A stretch of DNA of 63,963 nt, counting the filler, from Thelocarpon superellum (lineage: Eukaryota), in NCBI GenBank assembly GCA_026025795.1. It is 5 parts of 5 records of this genome, joined end to end, with 100 filler letters (N's around TTAATTAATTAA, not from the genome) between each part and the next. Parts side by side here need not be neighbours in the genome. Positions count along the whole stretch, not along the records: positions 42,141 to 56,068 come from JAPEUG010000445.1; positions 56,169 to 63,963 come from JAPEUG010000618.1; 3 more parts are not named here. One strand, 5' to 3'. The notes below the pieces were generated by a model. That model was given only the letters and a program-made list of their open reading frames with translations. It had not been told where the DNA came from and searched no databases. A program made the translations under genes and the position numbers. Positions 46,777-58,852 of this stretch are shown here, piece after piece (position 1 is the stretch's first letter; each line of letters starts with the position of its first letter).

Positions 46777-48965
46777 ATGCCGACTCTACAGATCACCAAC
46801 TTTAATGTGGTCTGCGCCGTGCTCGGCGGCTTCATCACTCTGTTTGGGCTGGTCTCTTTCTTGTGCAAGGAAAGGTTTTACCTCTCGGAAGCTTGTACGT
46901 GATCTTTCCGTGGTCTTTGCTGCTTCCCTCTACGCCGACGGCGTGTTCAACGGCTCACATCTCGCTCTAGTGATCTCTCTGATTGCCGGCGTCATCTTTT
47001 CTCCTCATGCAACCAACTGGATTCGACCGATCGACTATGCCCAAGGAAGCGAGGAAGACCTGGCCGCCATCACCCTCTACTTCACACGACTGGTGTTGGG
47101 GGTGCAGTTGGTACTGGCCGGCGTGCAGCTGCCCAGCCGATATCTGTTACTACAGAACCGGAGCCTAGGACTGTTACTCGGACCTGGCATGACGATGATG
47201 TGGCTGAGCAGTGGTCTCATCGTCTGGGCCATGGTCCCCAACCTGTCCTTTCTCAGTGCCCTGGCTATCGGCGCTTGCGTGACGCCGACCGATCCCGTCT
47301 TGTCCAACTCGATCGTCAAGGGCAAATTTGCCGACGCCAACATCCCCAAGGAACTGCAACGCATCATCATCGCCGAGTCAGGTGCCAACGACGGCTTGGG
47401 CTATCCTTTCCTCTTCTTCGCCTTGTACCTCATCAAGTACACCGGCCGCGGTGGTCAAGGGCAGGCGGGTGGCGCCGGTGCCGCCATGGGTCAGTGGTTC
47501 GGCGAAACATGGGGCTACACCATCATCTTGAGCGTGGTGTATGGTGCGAGTGTGGGGTGGATCGCCAAGGAATTACTTCACTATGCAGAGAGAAAGTCAG
47601 TGCCTCCATGCTCCCGGCTAGAGACAGCTGCTGACGGGTTGCAGGAAATATGTCGACCGCGAGAGCTTCCTTGTCTTTGCCATTACTCTTGCTGTGGGTA
47701 TCACCTCCGTCCCACTGCTTCTTCGCTGACGAGATTATCTTGCAGTTGTTCATCGTCGGAACCTGTGGGATGCTCGGGAGTGATGACGTGCTCGCGTGTT
47801 TCATCGCGGGAAACGTCTTTACGATTGAGTAGGTTACAGCATGCCCACGTACAGGATGATCTGACTGTCCAACAGTGACTGGTTCCGGCTGGAGACGCTT
47901 GATGACTCCTTGCAACCGACGATCGATATGCTCCTCAATCTGTCAATCTTCATGTGGTTCGGAGCCGTGTGTCCGTGGAGTCTGTTTTTGCAAAACGGCG
48001 TGATCCCCATCTATCGGCTGATATTCCTGGCGATCCTAATCCTGCTCTTCCGTCGCCTCCCCGTCATATTCGCCATGCATCGATGGATCCCCCAGATCCT
48101 GGAGAAGCGCCAAGCCCTGTTCGTAGGCTTCTTCGGTCCCATCGGCGTCAGCGCCGTCTTCTACCTCTACATCAGTCTAGAGTTCCTCGACACGATCATG
48201 GTCGATGGCCTCCAACGTGAAGACGCCAGTAAACTCGCGGAGACCATGACGGTGGTGGTTTGGTTCTTGGCTATATCGAGCATTGTTTGTCTCCCTGTTC
48301 CCTCGGCTCCCCTCTCTCGAATCCTCCCATCCTAACCTTTTGCGCAGGTGGTGCACGGCCTCAGCATTCCCCTGGGCAAGGCGGGATTTCACCTACCCCG
48401 GACAATCTCCAATGCATTCGACACGCCCAACGTGGGAACGGGAACACACACGCCCTCAGAATTCTCCTCTCCAGTTGCGCAGGGCTCCCCATTCCCCTCC
48501 TCCTCTGGCGACCAATTGGCGCGGGCCCCCCGCGATCGCAATCTCCGCGGCACCGACGGCCGACCAGTCGGCGAGCCGGCTCGGCCCGTCTTTCGTATCC
48601 GCGGCACGGTCATCCCGCCTCGCGATATCGAATCCGCCTCTTGTGACGACGAGGCCCGTCCGCGTTTTACTGGGCTTGGTCTAGGCTTAGGCCGAGAGGG
48701 GAAAAAAGGCGTCGATGACATTGAGAGTACGAGGAGCGCCGCAACTACATCACCTAAGCCTGCGGAGAGCGGAGAGCGCGGTGGTGGTATCGTCACCGTC
48801 CCTTTATCCGCTCACGACAGGAAGAAGGGAGAGCGACATGGAGAGGGAGAGGGAGGGGGAGGGGGAGGGGGAGGCGAAGAAAGAGGCGGAGAGACGGAGC
48901 GATCCCCCTTTGATTCTGTCCCTGAAAGCCCGGCGCTGATCTCTATGACGGAGACGGATCGATGA
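46777..48965 (+). CDS. Plasma-membrane Na+(K+)/H+ antiporter, CPA1 family (Nha1/Sod2-like)
   Basis: KERFYLSEA, GACVTPTDPVLSNSIVKGKFA, AESGANDGLGYPF, GSDDVLACFIAG, FRRLP, GFFGPIGVSA and VVHGLSIP. Five introns. Confidence 0.95.
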
Positions 48966-49025
48966 CATTTATTGCTGGATGATGCTTTTCTACAATGTGG
49001 ACGTGGAAGAGACGGCGAGGTAGGA

Positions 49026-49073
49026 GAGGACGAGTACGAGGACGAGTACGAGGACGAGTACGAGGACGAGTAC
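49026..49073. repeat. 12-bp tandem repeat (GAGGACGAGTAC)x4
   Basis: Four exact copies downstream of the antiporter stop. Confidence 0.9.
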
Positions 49074-49400
49074 GCATGCGAAAACAGGGGCAGGGACGAG
49101 GACAGGAACAGGGACGGGGATAGGGACATGTGTGGTTCTGGGAATGTAAATAGAGAGTGCCATAGAGAGCAAGAAAGAGTCAGAGATAAACAGTCCACGT
49201 ATGCAAATAGACACACTCATTTCCATACTCATTTCCATTCATCGTCATTGGCTCTATTCTTCAATTCGCGTTGTCTTGTGTCGTCTCGTGTCATTTTCTT
49301 GCACCTCGCCTCGCCCGTGCCTTCTCTCCCGTTCTTCCTTCCTTCCGATCTTCTTCTCCATCCTTTTTCCCTCCTGCTTCTTCTTCCCCATCTTACTTCT

Positions 49401-49488
49401 TCACTCACTCACTCACGCACTCACTCACTCACTCACTCACGCACTCACTCACTCACGCACTCACTCACGCACTCACTCACTCACTCAC
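49401..49488. repeat. (TCAC)n/(GCAC) compound microsatellite
   Basis: About 22 tetramer units just downstream of the DDX60-like stop. Confidence 0.95.
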
Positions 49489-49541
49489 AAGACAAGCGAC
49501 AAAGGATAGCAATCGTAGAACGAGCGCAGAATGAAGCCAGA

Positions 49542-52500
49542 TCAAGCCCACATCTTCTTAAACTTGACGTCAAACTCAGCTCGCAGTTTCTGAAAAGCCT
49601 TGAGCACCTGCAGCAGTCCGCGCTCGTCCGTGCCCGTCCAGATCTCCTCGCCGTCCAGACCGAGAGTGTGCTTGTTCGAACGCGCAGATGCCTCGGCTCG
49701 CGAGCTGTTCCGCGCGCTCTGAGCGTCGTCTTCTTTGGCTTCTAGACTTGCCGCGGTTTCCCAGTCGTCGACCACTTTCGCTCTGCGCCCGGTGCCCGTG
49801 CTCGTCGTGTTGGATTTCTTGGTGGAGGCCACTGAGGTGTTGGATGAGGCGTATGCCAGTGATGTTGTCGTCGCCACGCTGGAGACGGAAGACTTTTCGT
49901 CGGCTTCCGCGATGGCGTCGTCCTGTGCGTTTTCTGCCACGTCGCCATCGCCAATGACGTCCAGCATATCAAGGTCGGTGCCTGCGCTCAATTTCATGAA
50001 TACTTGCAAGCTGGCAATAATGGTGGCGAGGACCAGCGAGAAGTCTGGAGGCTGTTAGAGGGCCCGGGTTGATGACGATGCAAGAGACGGCTTACCGTTC
50101 AACACAAACCAGACGTCGCCACGTCCGATCCCGTTCGCTTTGCTCAGCTGCGTCACATCACCATGCTTGTAAAAATCATAGAGATCTTGCATCCTCATGT
50201 CAGCGGAATCAAGCATGGTTCAGGTGAGGTACCCACAGGCATTGAGAGGCGCTGAGGCTTCGTCAGGATAGACGTCCAGATGCGGGATGATGGCCTTTTC
50301 CAGGAAGATACCCTGACGGGCCGTGTCACACAGATCCGACACCGAGTCAAACACATCCCCGTGACCAGAGAGTGCCACGAATGCGGATCGAGTCGTCGTG
50401 GCGGGTAGAGACGAAAAGGCTTCGTGATCCCCTCTCTTCATCTTACCACCCACCCGGTGCCCTGTCAGGGGCAGTTCGCGTTCCTCCTCCTTGAGGTGCT
50501 CGTCCGCAAACGTCTTGACGTAGGTTGAGAAACACTCTAGTGTCTCGCGATTGTGCTTGCGGAGCACTGTCGCCGCCTTGCTTGGAAGTTCCGGCAAGAA
50601 GACGACCGATGATGATTGCTTGACCAGCGCCAGATACTCCTGATCGGCTTGTCGGCATGGACGACGGCCAAACAGGTGCGACATGACAATCATCAAGGTC
50701 TCAAGCACCCGCGCCTCGTTAGCTTCGTTGGCGTCAAAGCCAGCGCAGAGATCATGAAAGTATCCCTCCTTTAACAGGGCGTGGAATGCGAAGCTCGAGT
50801 TCTCCGTGTAGTACAGATGCGTCACGCAACCGGCAAAGTTCTGCGGGGTACCCTTCGCGCTCAGTAGCCCCTGTCGTCGGAGATATTCGATGGAGAAGCG
50901 CAGATGATGCAACACCTGGTCACGGAAGCTTTCGCCACCGAGGTAGAGTCGTGGCTGGGAGAGCAACGAGTTGATTGACCGCGTGGCAAAGGCCGAGTTA
51001 TCCGACTCGCGGAGGAGCATGAACAGTCGCAAGACCAGGGTCGTCGTAATGGGAAAGTGCCCGTTCAAGTCCGGCAAGCGCGAGCTCAGGAGGCGGCACA
51101 CCTTCTCGTGGGTAATGCCTTGGAACACGACATTCCCTAGCAGATCAAAGCCTCGACGACCCGCACGCCCAGCCGCTTGGCGGAAGTTGAGCGCCGTCAA
51201 GAAGAGGGAGTCGCCACTGAAAACGACGGTGGCACAGGGCATGTTGATGCCCAGGGCCAACGTGCCTGTGGCAATTACCACCCGAAGATATCCCTTGCGA
51301 AACAGAATTTCGACCCTGCACATCGTCAGTCACTCGATCATCGTGTCGATGGAGCTCCACTCACACTTGACGATACTTGCGGTTCATTCCCGCGTGATGC
51401 ACTCCGATCCCTCTCGTCAAGGCCTCCAACAGCCACGGCCATACCCCCTTGCGCTCGAGCTGCCAGAAGTACTGCGACAGCTCTGACGTCTGCAACTTCC
51501 GCTTGTCCGCGAAGCTGAAGAGGTCAGACGGTGCATCGGGATTGAACGACTCATACGGATTCTGCTCCTCGCTTGCGTTGTCCTTGGCCTGGTCGGCTTT
51601 GGACACGCCGCCCTCCGCATCGGCTCCGCCCTTCTTGCTGCTGGTCTTGGCCGGCTTCTTGAACTTCATCTTCTCATTAGCCTTCTTCCACGTCTCCCAA
51701 CCCTTGACCATCGCCTTCCACTTGGGACTGGTGGCCTTCCATTGCTCCTCGCTGCTCTTCAACTGGCTCAAGAGTGCTTGGCACACATTCTCGCATCGGG
51801 TCCGGTCGTAGTTGAACAAGATCGCTGGCAGGGCGTCGCGGGCGTGAAGCCGGGCGAGCATGGGAAGCGTCGTGGCTTCCAGGTTGGAAGGATCAAGGCG
51901 CTCCGCCTCGCCCTCCGCTACGTCCGTCGCCGTACCTCGAGAGATCAGGAGGTCTTCGGGGATAGCCTTTGGCGTGGTCAGTGTGGCCCGAATCTCCTCG
52001 AAGGGGGATTTCGGGTCCGCCATCCACACCCGGATGAGCGCCTTCAGCTGCTTCTCCCAGTTGGTGACCTCGACCTTTTTGATGATGTGCGGCAATGCCT
52101 TGGCAGGGTCCAGCGCTTCCGGTACTCCGTAGCCCTCTCTTTGATGCTTAACCATGGCCTTCCAGAGCGACAGACAGTCCCGCGCCTCGAGCGTCAGATC
52201 GTCTGGCATGCCGCGGGAAGTGTTCACTAGGCTCGAGATGGGGTGCACAAAGGAGAAGCCGGGTGTGTCGTCCAGACCGAGACGGGTGAATGCCGATCGG
52301 TCGGGCAGACCCTTGAAAACGAAGCGCGTCGGAGGTATGTAGGTGAACTTGCGCAGGTCCGAGTAGCGTGACGCGTGGGTGATCATGGTGAGGTCGTAGT
52401 TGAGCGACTTCTGGGTCGATTCCATCCACGAGCTAAACTGCTCCGGGTTCCCCACTGTGGCCGAGAGTGCGATGATGGGACAGGGCGCTAGAAGGAGCAG

Positions 52501-55500
52501 TTGCTCCCACACGACGCCGTCTTCAGCCTGTCCAATCTCGTGAATTTCGTCAAAGATGATGCGCTTCACTCGCGTCGACCAGGTGGTGGCGTTGATTGGG
52601 GCCAGCAGCATGATTTGCAGCACGTGCGGGACCGTCACCAGGATTTGACACCCGAGCGGATTGTTGACCTTGTGGTCACGCGTGTGGATGGCCCACACCG
52701 ATTTGCCGCCATGCTCGTAGTTCTTCTTGAATCGTCCCTGGATCTCGGCGGCGATCTGGTTGACCAGGGCCTTGGTGGGAGCGACGTAGACCAAGACTCC
52801 GTTGTCATCTGCACGCAGGATCTGCTCCATGGCGTAGAAGGAGATGAACGTTTTACCCGCACTGGTCGGGGCCACGACGAACACGCTGCGGTTGGCATCG
52901 ATCTCGTCAAGCACGCGGCGCTGCCAGCGGTCAGGCTCAAAGTGTACACGCGGATCCGGCGCCGAGTCGACGTTTCGGTCCATGTAGGGGCCGGCATGCA
53001 GGAGCTGAAACTCTTGCGGCGGCAGTGCCACCGATCCCGTCGGGGGGGTTAAGGCTGGGATGGTGAACTTGAACGAGGGTTCACGTGCTGTGCCAATGGT
53101 CGCGGGTTTAGGCACTGGCAGCTGCAGCAGACTCGAGATCTTCTCGACGTAGGCGGCGATGGCGGGGGTGAGTCCGTCCTTGAGCAAGACGAGGTTCCGC
53201 AGAGAATCCCACAAGAGGGCCGCTGTGCCATAGCCCTCGGCCCTCTTGCCCTCTTTACACGCCTGGACCCAGATCTCCACGAGCGCTTGGAGCATGTACA
53301 CGCGGATCTCCGCTTCCAGCACCACGCGCTTCGAGTCGGGAAGCTCCTCCAAGTATTTCTCCGTTTTCAAGTAACGGGATCGCGGGTCGGCCGCGCCGTC
53401 GAGGAGCTGGCGAGCATTTAGCCAGACGCGGTTGAACAACCGGCCCGCCGTTTCCGAATCTTTGCTCTCCCGTTGCGCGGCAATATCGGCGAGGATGCTC
53501 TTCTTCCCCGCGTTGGGGCCTCCTTTGGGACCGTTCGACGTGGCCTTCTTGTCTTCTTTTCGGTCTTTGGCGGAGGATTGCTGCGCCTTTTTGCCACGAG
53601 CGACGGTGATGATCTCTGGCTCGAGGCTCTTACCGGCCGAGTTGGTCAGGCTGGCCGCGTAGGCACTCATCTCTGCCATGTAAAACTGATTGCTCCTCAA
53701 CGCCCGCTTCTGCGTCTTTTCCGCCACTCCCGGTGGTAGCTGCTTCTTCTTCTCTAGCGGACGTTTGGCATTGTGCCAATGCGTGACTTCGCGATGAATC
53801 TTGGCCGGCACCCCAGGGTTCTCCGCGGACGAGCTATCGGTGGCGAGCTTGATTCTCGCCAAGTGTTCGTCGAAGACAGGGTTGGAGAAAGGAAGAACCG
53901 ACATGTGTGGAGTCGGTGTGGGGCGCCGATCACTGACCCAAGGACGTAATAAGTGCGTGTTTCCAGAAGCCTCGTCTACACGCAGCGGTAGTCCGCAGAT
54001 CATTCCCAGGGTGTCGGCGAGAGTGTGGAAATCCTCTCGGATTGGCGTAGGAAGCTGGTCTGCGACCACGCGGCCATTGCCGGTATACCAGACCATCTTG
54101 AGTAGACGGCCATCGATCAAGTCGGCTACATCGCACGGTAGAACTCGACGTTCCGTGGCCTGTTCCCAGGCCGACGAGCTCATTAGGATCCCGGAAACCG
54201 TGACGAAACGCCGAAGGAAGAGAGTCAGATCCGGCTCCCCTCCATGTTCTGAGGAGACCACCACGGCCTCAACCCGGCGCGAGGACAAGGGCACATGGCT
54301 GGTCAGAACAAGCTGCAGGAGTACCACGGCCGCAAGCGAGACTGCCCCAGGCTCGTCACTAAGGATCTGCGCCAACGTGACGATAGTGAGGCAGACTCGC
54401 TCCGTCAATAATGCGTGATCTGAGCCCAGAGACGTAGCAATCCGATCGAGAAGGCCGTTCAGTTCTGGTACTCCGGCCGTCTCGGGCTCGTGGACATGGC
54501 CGTTGGCGACCGTCCCATTTGGCTGCTTTTCTGCCGCGGAATCGGACAAGTGCAGTTGGCCAAGAATTTCGATTATCCCCGTGGGGGCAATCGATCTCGA
54601 CGACAAGGCTCCTTGAGCCTCGTCGTAGCCCTGGTCCAGAAGTTCGGGGGTGATGGGGGCGTCACGCGTGCCTTCAACGATCATCGTGATGACCTAGACT
54701 GTTGTCAGCGCGTCGTCGATGGTTCCAGCGTGATGATTACATCGTACCTTGGAGTCTCTCCATTCCAGACCGTTGACCAAGGCCACATTGTATCCGTGGT
54801 GGATGAACCACCAGATCATGCCGCGAAACGCGAGCTTCTCGAGCTCGTGGACGGGGCCGGTGGATTGATGGTGCGAGCGGTCGGCGTCGGCGGCCATCGC
54901 CCTCGCCGGCCGAGCACCATCGTGACATACTACGAAGTAGACACCAGTTGAGCTCAGATAGCGTTCGAATTCGGCGCCACGGATCGAGGCGAAGAGTAGC
55001 AGCTGGAGACTTGGATGGGTCTCGGGCAGGAACTGATGCAGATGGCGGATGATTGCCGCGCGAGCTAGCAGATACTTTTCCCGATGCTCAGCAGGGGCAT
55101 CGACGGGGATACAGAGCTCTCGGTGCTCCTCGACGAAGGTCAGATGAAAGTTGCACTTTCGCCGGACGAGATTCTGGAGATAGTGTTCGACGGCGTAGGT
55201 GGCGTGAAGAACTTGGAGACCGTCTGCGGGGCCATGAGTTTCTTGGCGGGCTCAGCAGGCTCCAGTGCAGGGGTTTGCTCACAGCCAAAGTCCAACTTGC
55301 TGTTGCTGAAGCATTCGAGCAGCAAGGAGTCACCCTCCACTAAGAAGAGCTCTTGTCCGGCATAGTCGCCCACCAAGTCAATGGACCTTGGCTTGCGCTG
55401 GTTGTACCTGATTGTTCGTTAGCTCAGTCTCCACTCGTCGCCAGCCTCTTCGAGAAGATTTCTCTACCAATCTAAGAGGGCTCGGATGCCTTCGGAGTGC

Positions 55501-55514
55501 GTTGCCTCGTCCAT
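49542..55514 (-). CDS. DDX60: DDX60-like Ski2-family DExD/H RNA helicase
   Basis: N-terminal DLVGDYAGQELFLVEGDSLL and LQVLHATYAVE; FEPDRWQRRVLD, VAPTSAGKTFISFYAM, IIFDEIH, ALSATVGN, RGIGVHHAGMNRKYRQ, ATGTLALGINMPC and QAAGRAGRRGFD; C-terminal FKKMWA. Confidence 0.93.
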
Positions 55515-56068
55515 GGCGGGAGATTTGCCCAGGGCCGAGCAGAGGTCGGCAGAGAGGATGATGCGATGTGCATGGGGATGAAGGCCACTCTACTGGGGGG
55601 CACGGTCTTGCCTTTTGTCTTTGGATGGGTTTGCAAGAACAAGCTGGCTCATGGGTTGATTGATCGTCGAAGTGTGCCCTATCATCCCACTATGAATATT
55701 CACCTCCGCTGCCCGTGTCCCCACCAAAACAGACGCGCCTTGCCGCGGGGTGCTGGCGCTTCGCCCCACCCGTAGCGTTTCTGCAACCCGCGCACCTGTG
55801 CACGATTTTGGCTCACACTTCTTGCACGGCCACCTAACATTTTCCGTCCATTACACAATGCCCTCCTCCGCATTCCTGTTCCTGAAGCCTTCATTCGCGT
55901 CCGCTCTGGGCGGGCTCTTCAGCAGAAATTGGGCTCGGGAGAGTCTAGAAATGTTGGTTGTGCGCTCATGGCTAAGCGAGATAAGCGAAGGGGCGGCAGA
56001 AGATGTCGGGAAGTCCGAATAGAGAGTTACATCAGAGAGGTCGCACACGTTGTGCCTACCAGGCACAT

Positions 56069-56168
56069 NNNNNNNNNNNNNNNNNNNNNNNNNNNNNNNN
56101 NNNNNNNNNNNNTTAATTAATTAANNNNNNNNNNNNNNNNNNNNNNNNNNNNNNNNNNNNNNNNNNNN
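56069..56168. other. Artificial contig spacer
   Basis: N44-TTAATTAATTAA-N44. Confidence 0.98.
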
Positions 56169-58852
56169 GCGCATTATTGATGCTGCCCCGTAAATTGGGA
56201 CGAGGACAACGGCTACAGCGACATCGTCGTCGCGTCGGACACGCGTGCGCTGCTTTTCTCGCGGCGATACGTACACGGCGGTGGTAATCTCGCTGGAGTT
56301 TCCACCTGCCAAGCGTCCGCCCAGGCGTCCAAGACTCGGGTGAGTCTAGAGGCAAGCCTTGGCGCCTCGAGAGCTTGGAGTACGAACGGACCACCGTCTG
56401 ACGAGCCACTCGCGCCCAGGTACCGGTACGAAAGCCTGTCGACTACAGAGTAAGGTTACGTCCGAGGGCCGCAGGTGGTCTCCGCCGCCAGCGAAACTCT
56501 ATTGCTCCCCGGGTGATGAATCTCACGATTCGAACTATGGTACGGCCCTGGCTCGTACTAGCAGGACCTTGAAATCGTCAGATACTACTTCTCGAACAGT
56601 CTTGTCACGAAATTGTCGAGCAAAGTTTATTTGCGGCGAGAGAAAATGTTTTACCCAGGGAACTATTCGTCCAGAACGGCGAGTCGGGTGTACCGTGGCC
56701 TTCGCTCAGTCCCATATCCCATCCATCGCGATGAGTCGTATGCTTCCAGGCTCCCCTGACGATGACTTGCACAAAGACCTGTTTGCGAACCATAGTCGGG
56801 GATCACATCCCGATCCCCGGTCCAGCAAGATGGGGCCCACGCTGCGCCCAGAGAAGGATGCAACGAGATGAAGAAAGGGCGGTGGCGTCCTTCATCTGCC
56901 GCCTCATCCGGCTATGCACCTGGTTTCCGGTAGATCATTAAACACGGGGGGTTCCAGGCAACCAGTCTCGGCTGACGGTGAGCACGGCAGCCGGCGTCTC
57001 ACTGCGTCTCCTCCCCGTTTGGTCGGTGGTGAGTCTCGGGAATGGCAGGTCATCGCGACGACGCCTGCGCCGGCACCGGACCCGGATCAATTGGAGGGCG
57101 GTGGAGCCGGGTCCACGCCACTGTTCGTAGTTTGGAGTTGGAGGTAGGGATGTGGTCGTGGTCGTCGTACCCTACAAGGACCCGGCCAGGCTGGACCCAC
57201 CAACACGGTCTACATCGGTGGTGGTGGTGTCTGCTCCCGTTTCGCTCGGCAACCACGGCGCCAAAACTTTTCCTCGTCTGACGTGAAGCTGTTTGCTGGA
57301 ATGGGCGCGGAGGCGCGGACCGGGGACGCTGTTGGGCGCCCCCTCCGGCAGGGATATGCAGACGAGCAGATTGAGCAGACGAGCAGACGTCAACAGGGAC
57401 ACCCTATCATAGGCAACGCATAATTCTCCGTAGCCAGAGCGCGGCCGGCGCAAACACCCGCGGTCGAGCGTGGTCGAGGTCTTCCGTCCGCGCACTCGTG
57501 CACAGAGCCAAAGCATACTTCATGGGACTCCCGTGCCTACTCCAATCACGCAGCGCATCCTGCACGGCGCGATCTGGCTGGAGCGTCGACATAGCTCCAT
57601 CAACGCCGAGCCTGTGACTAGTCCTCACCTCTGCCCGTGGCTCAACCGTCTACCCGGCACTGAGACCCGGACAGTGGTGGAGACGAATGGTCGACGGAAA
57701 AATCTCCGATGCGACGGCTTGGGCGCGGTAGGATTCAGGTCGAGCAGGGACAGGGACAGGATAGGCTCTGGTGGGCCTGGGGCCCAGCGTGGCGGCGGAT
57801 GAGGGCGCGGCCAGCCCGACCGTAACGACCGTAGCGGTTGCGAGCTCTTAGCTTCGATCCATTCCAGCTCGGCACCCAATTTCACAATTGGCCTACGCAC
57901 GCGCACCCTGGCACCACTGACACAGCCTGGTTTGCTTGCTGCCGGGCACTCGCCGCTCGCTCTTTCTCGCTTTCGCTCTGGCTCGCCCTTCGCCAGGCCG
58001 ACGCACACAACCCCGTTACCCCCAGGTGCGCGAGGCCTACAAGCACAGGCACGACACCAGGCCTCCTCATCCTCCTCGTCCGCTTTCTTCCCTCTAACGC
58101 AGTTCCCAATCCATCACTCTCGTTCTTTTCTTGATCCGGCCCTCCCCTGGCAGCCTCACCATCCGACGAGCTCTTGCTGGCCGAGCGTCCGCATCCTGGC
58201 TCAACAAACCGGCCAACCACGGCCGCGATTTGCTCGTTCCCTTGGTGCGCTGACGCTGGGTCTCCGACGACCAAACTTTCGCAACGGTACTGGCGACCAG
58301 TCGTGTGCGGTACAGCAGGGTACCCGTGACCACGCACGGAGCAAGCAACCTCACCAAATCTCCGCCTTCACCACCATCGTCACCATCATCGTCACTGGCC
58401 GACCGACCGTCGCTCGCCTCTGCTTCGCTCGCTCAACCCGTCGCTCCTGCCCTGCAACAGACCACCGCGTCGTCTCCAGGGCCGGCTTGGTTGGGACCCT
58501 CGTTCATCTCGCTAGTGACTCGCAAGCTCGGCGGTGCGTTGCATGACGAACGAACCCACTTAACACCTCGTCCGCCTACCTTCCTCCTCCGTGCTCGCCG
58601 ACGCCAAGCGCTACGCTCGGTCCACTACGCACAACACGACGGGCCACCTTCGTGACGAGAGCGGATCGTTCTGAGGTAGCTTCCGTGGGTGTGCCTGCCG
58701 CCAGCGCCTTCACCTCCATCATCGCCGTCGTCGCGTTGTCGTCGCGCCAGACCCAGCGGACGTTTGCCGTCCGTCTCCTGCCCCCACCACAACGCTGAGC
58801 AGGCTTCCTCGTCCCCGGTTCTTCCGTGGGCGACGCCCTCGTCGTGCCTGGC

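Noticed and set aside
48972..49745. 257-aa ORF with EDEY and THSL repeats
   Set aside because: It is built from two simple repeats and overlaps the DDX60-like 3' end on the opposite strand.
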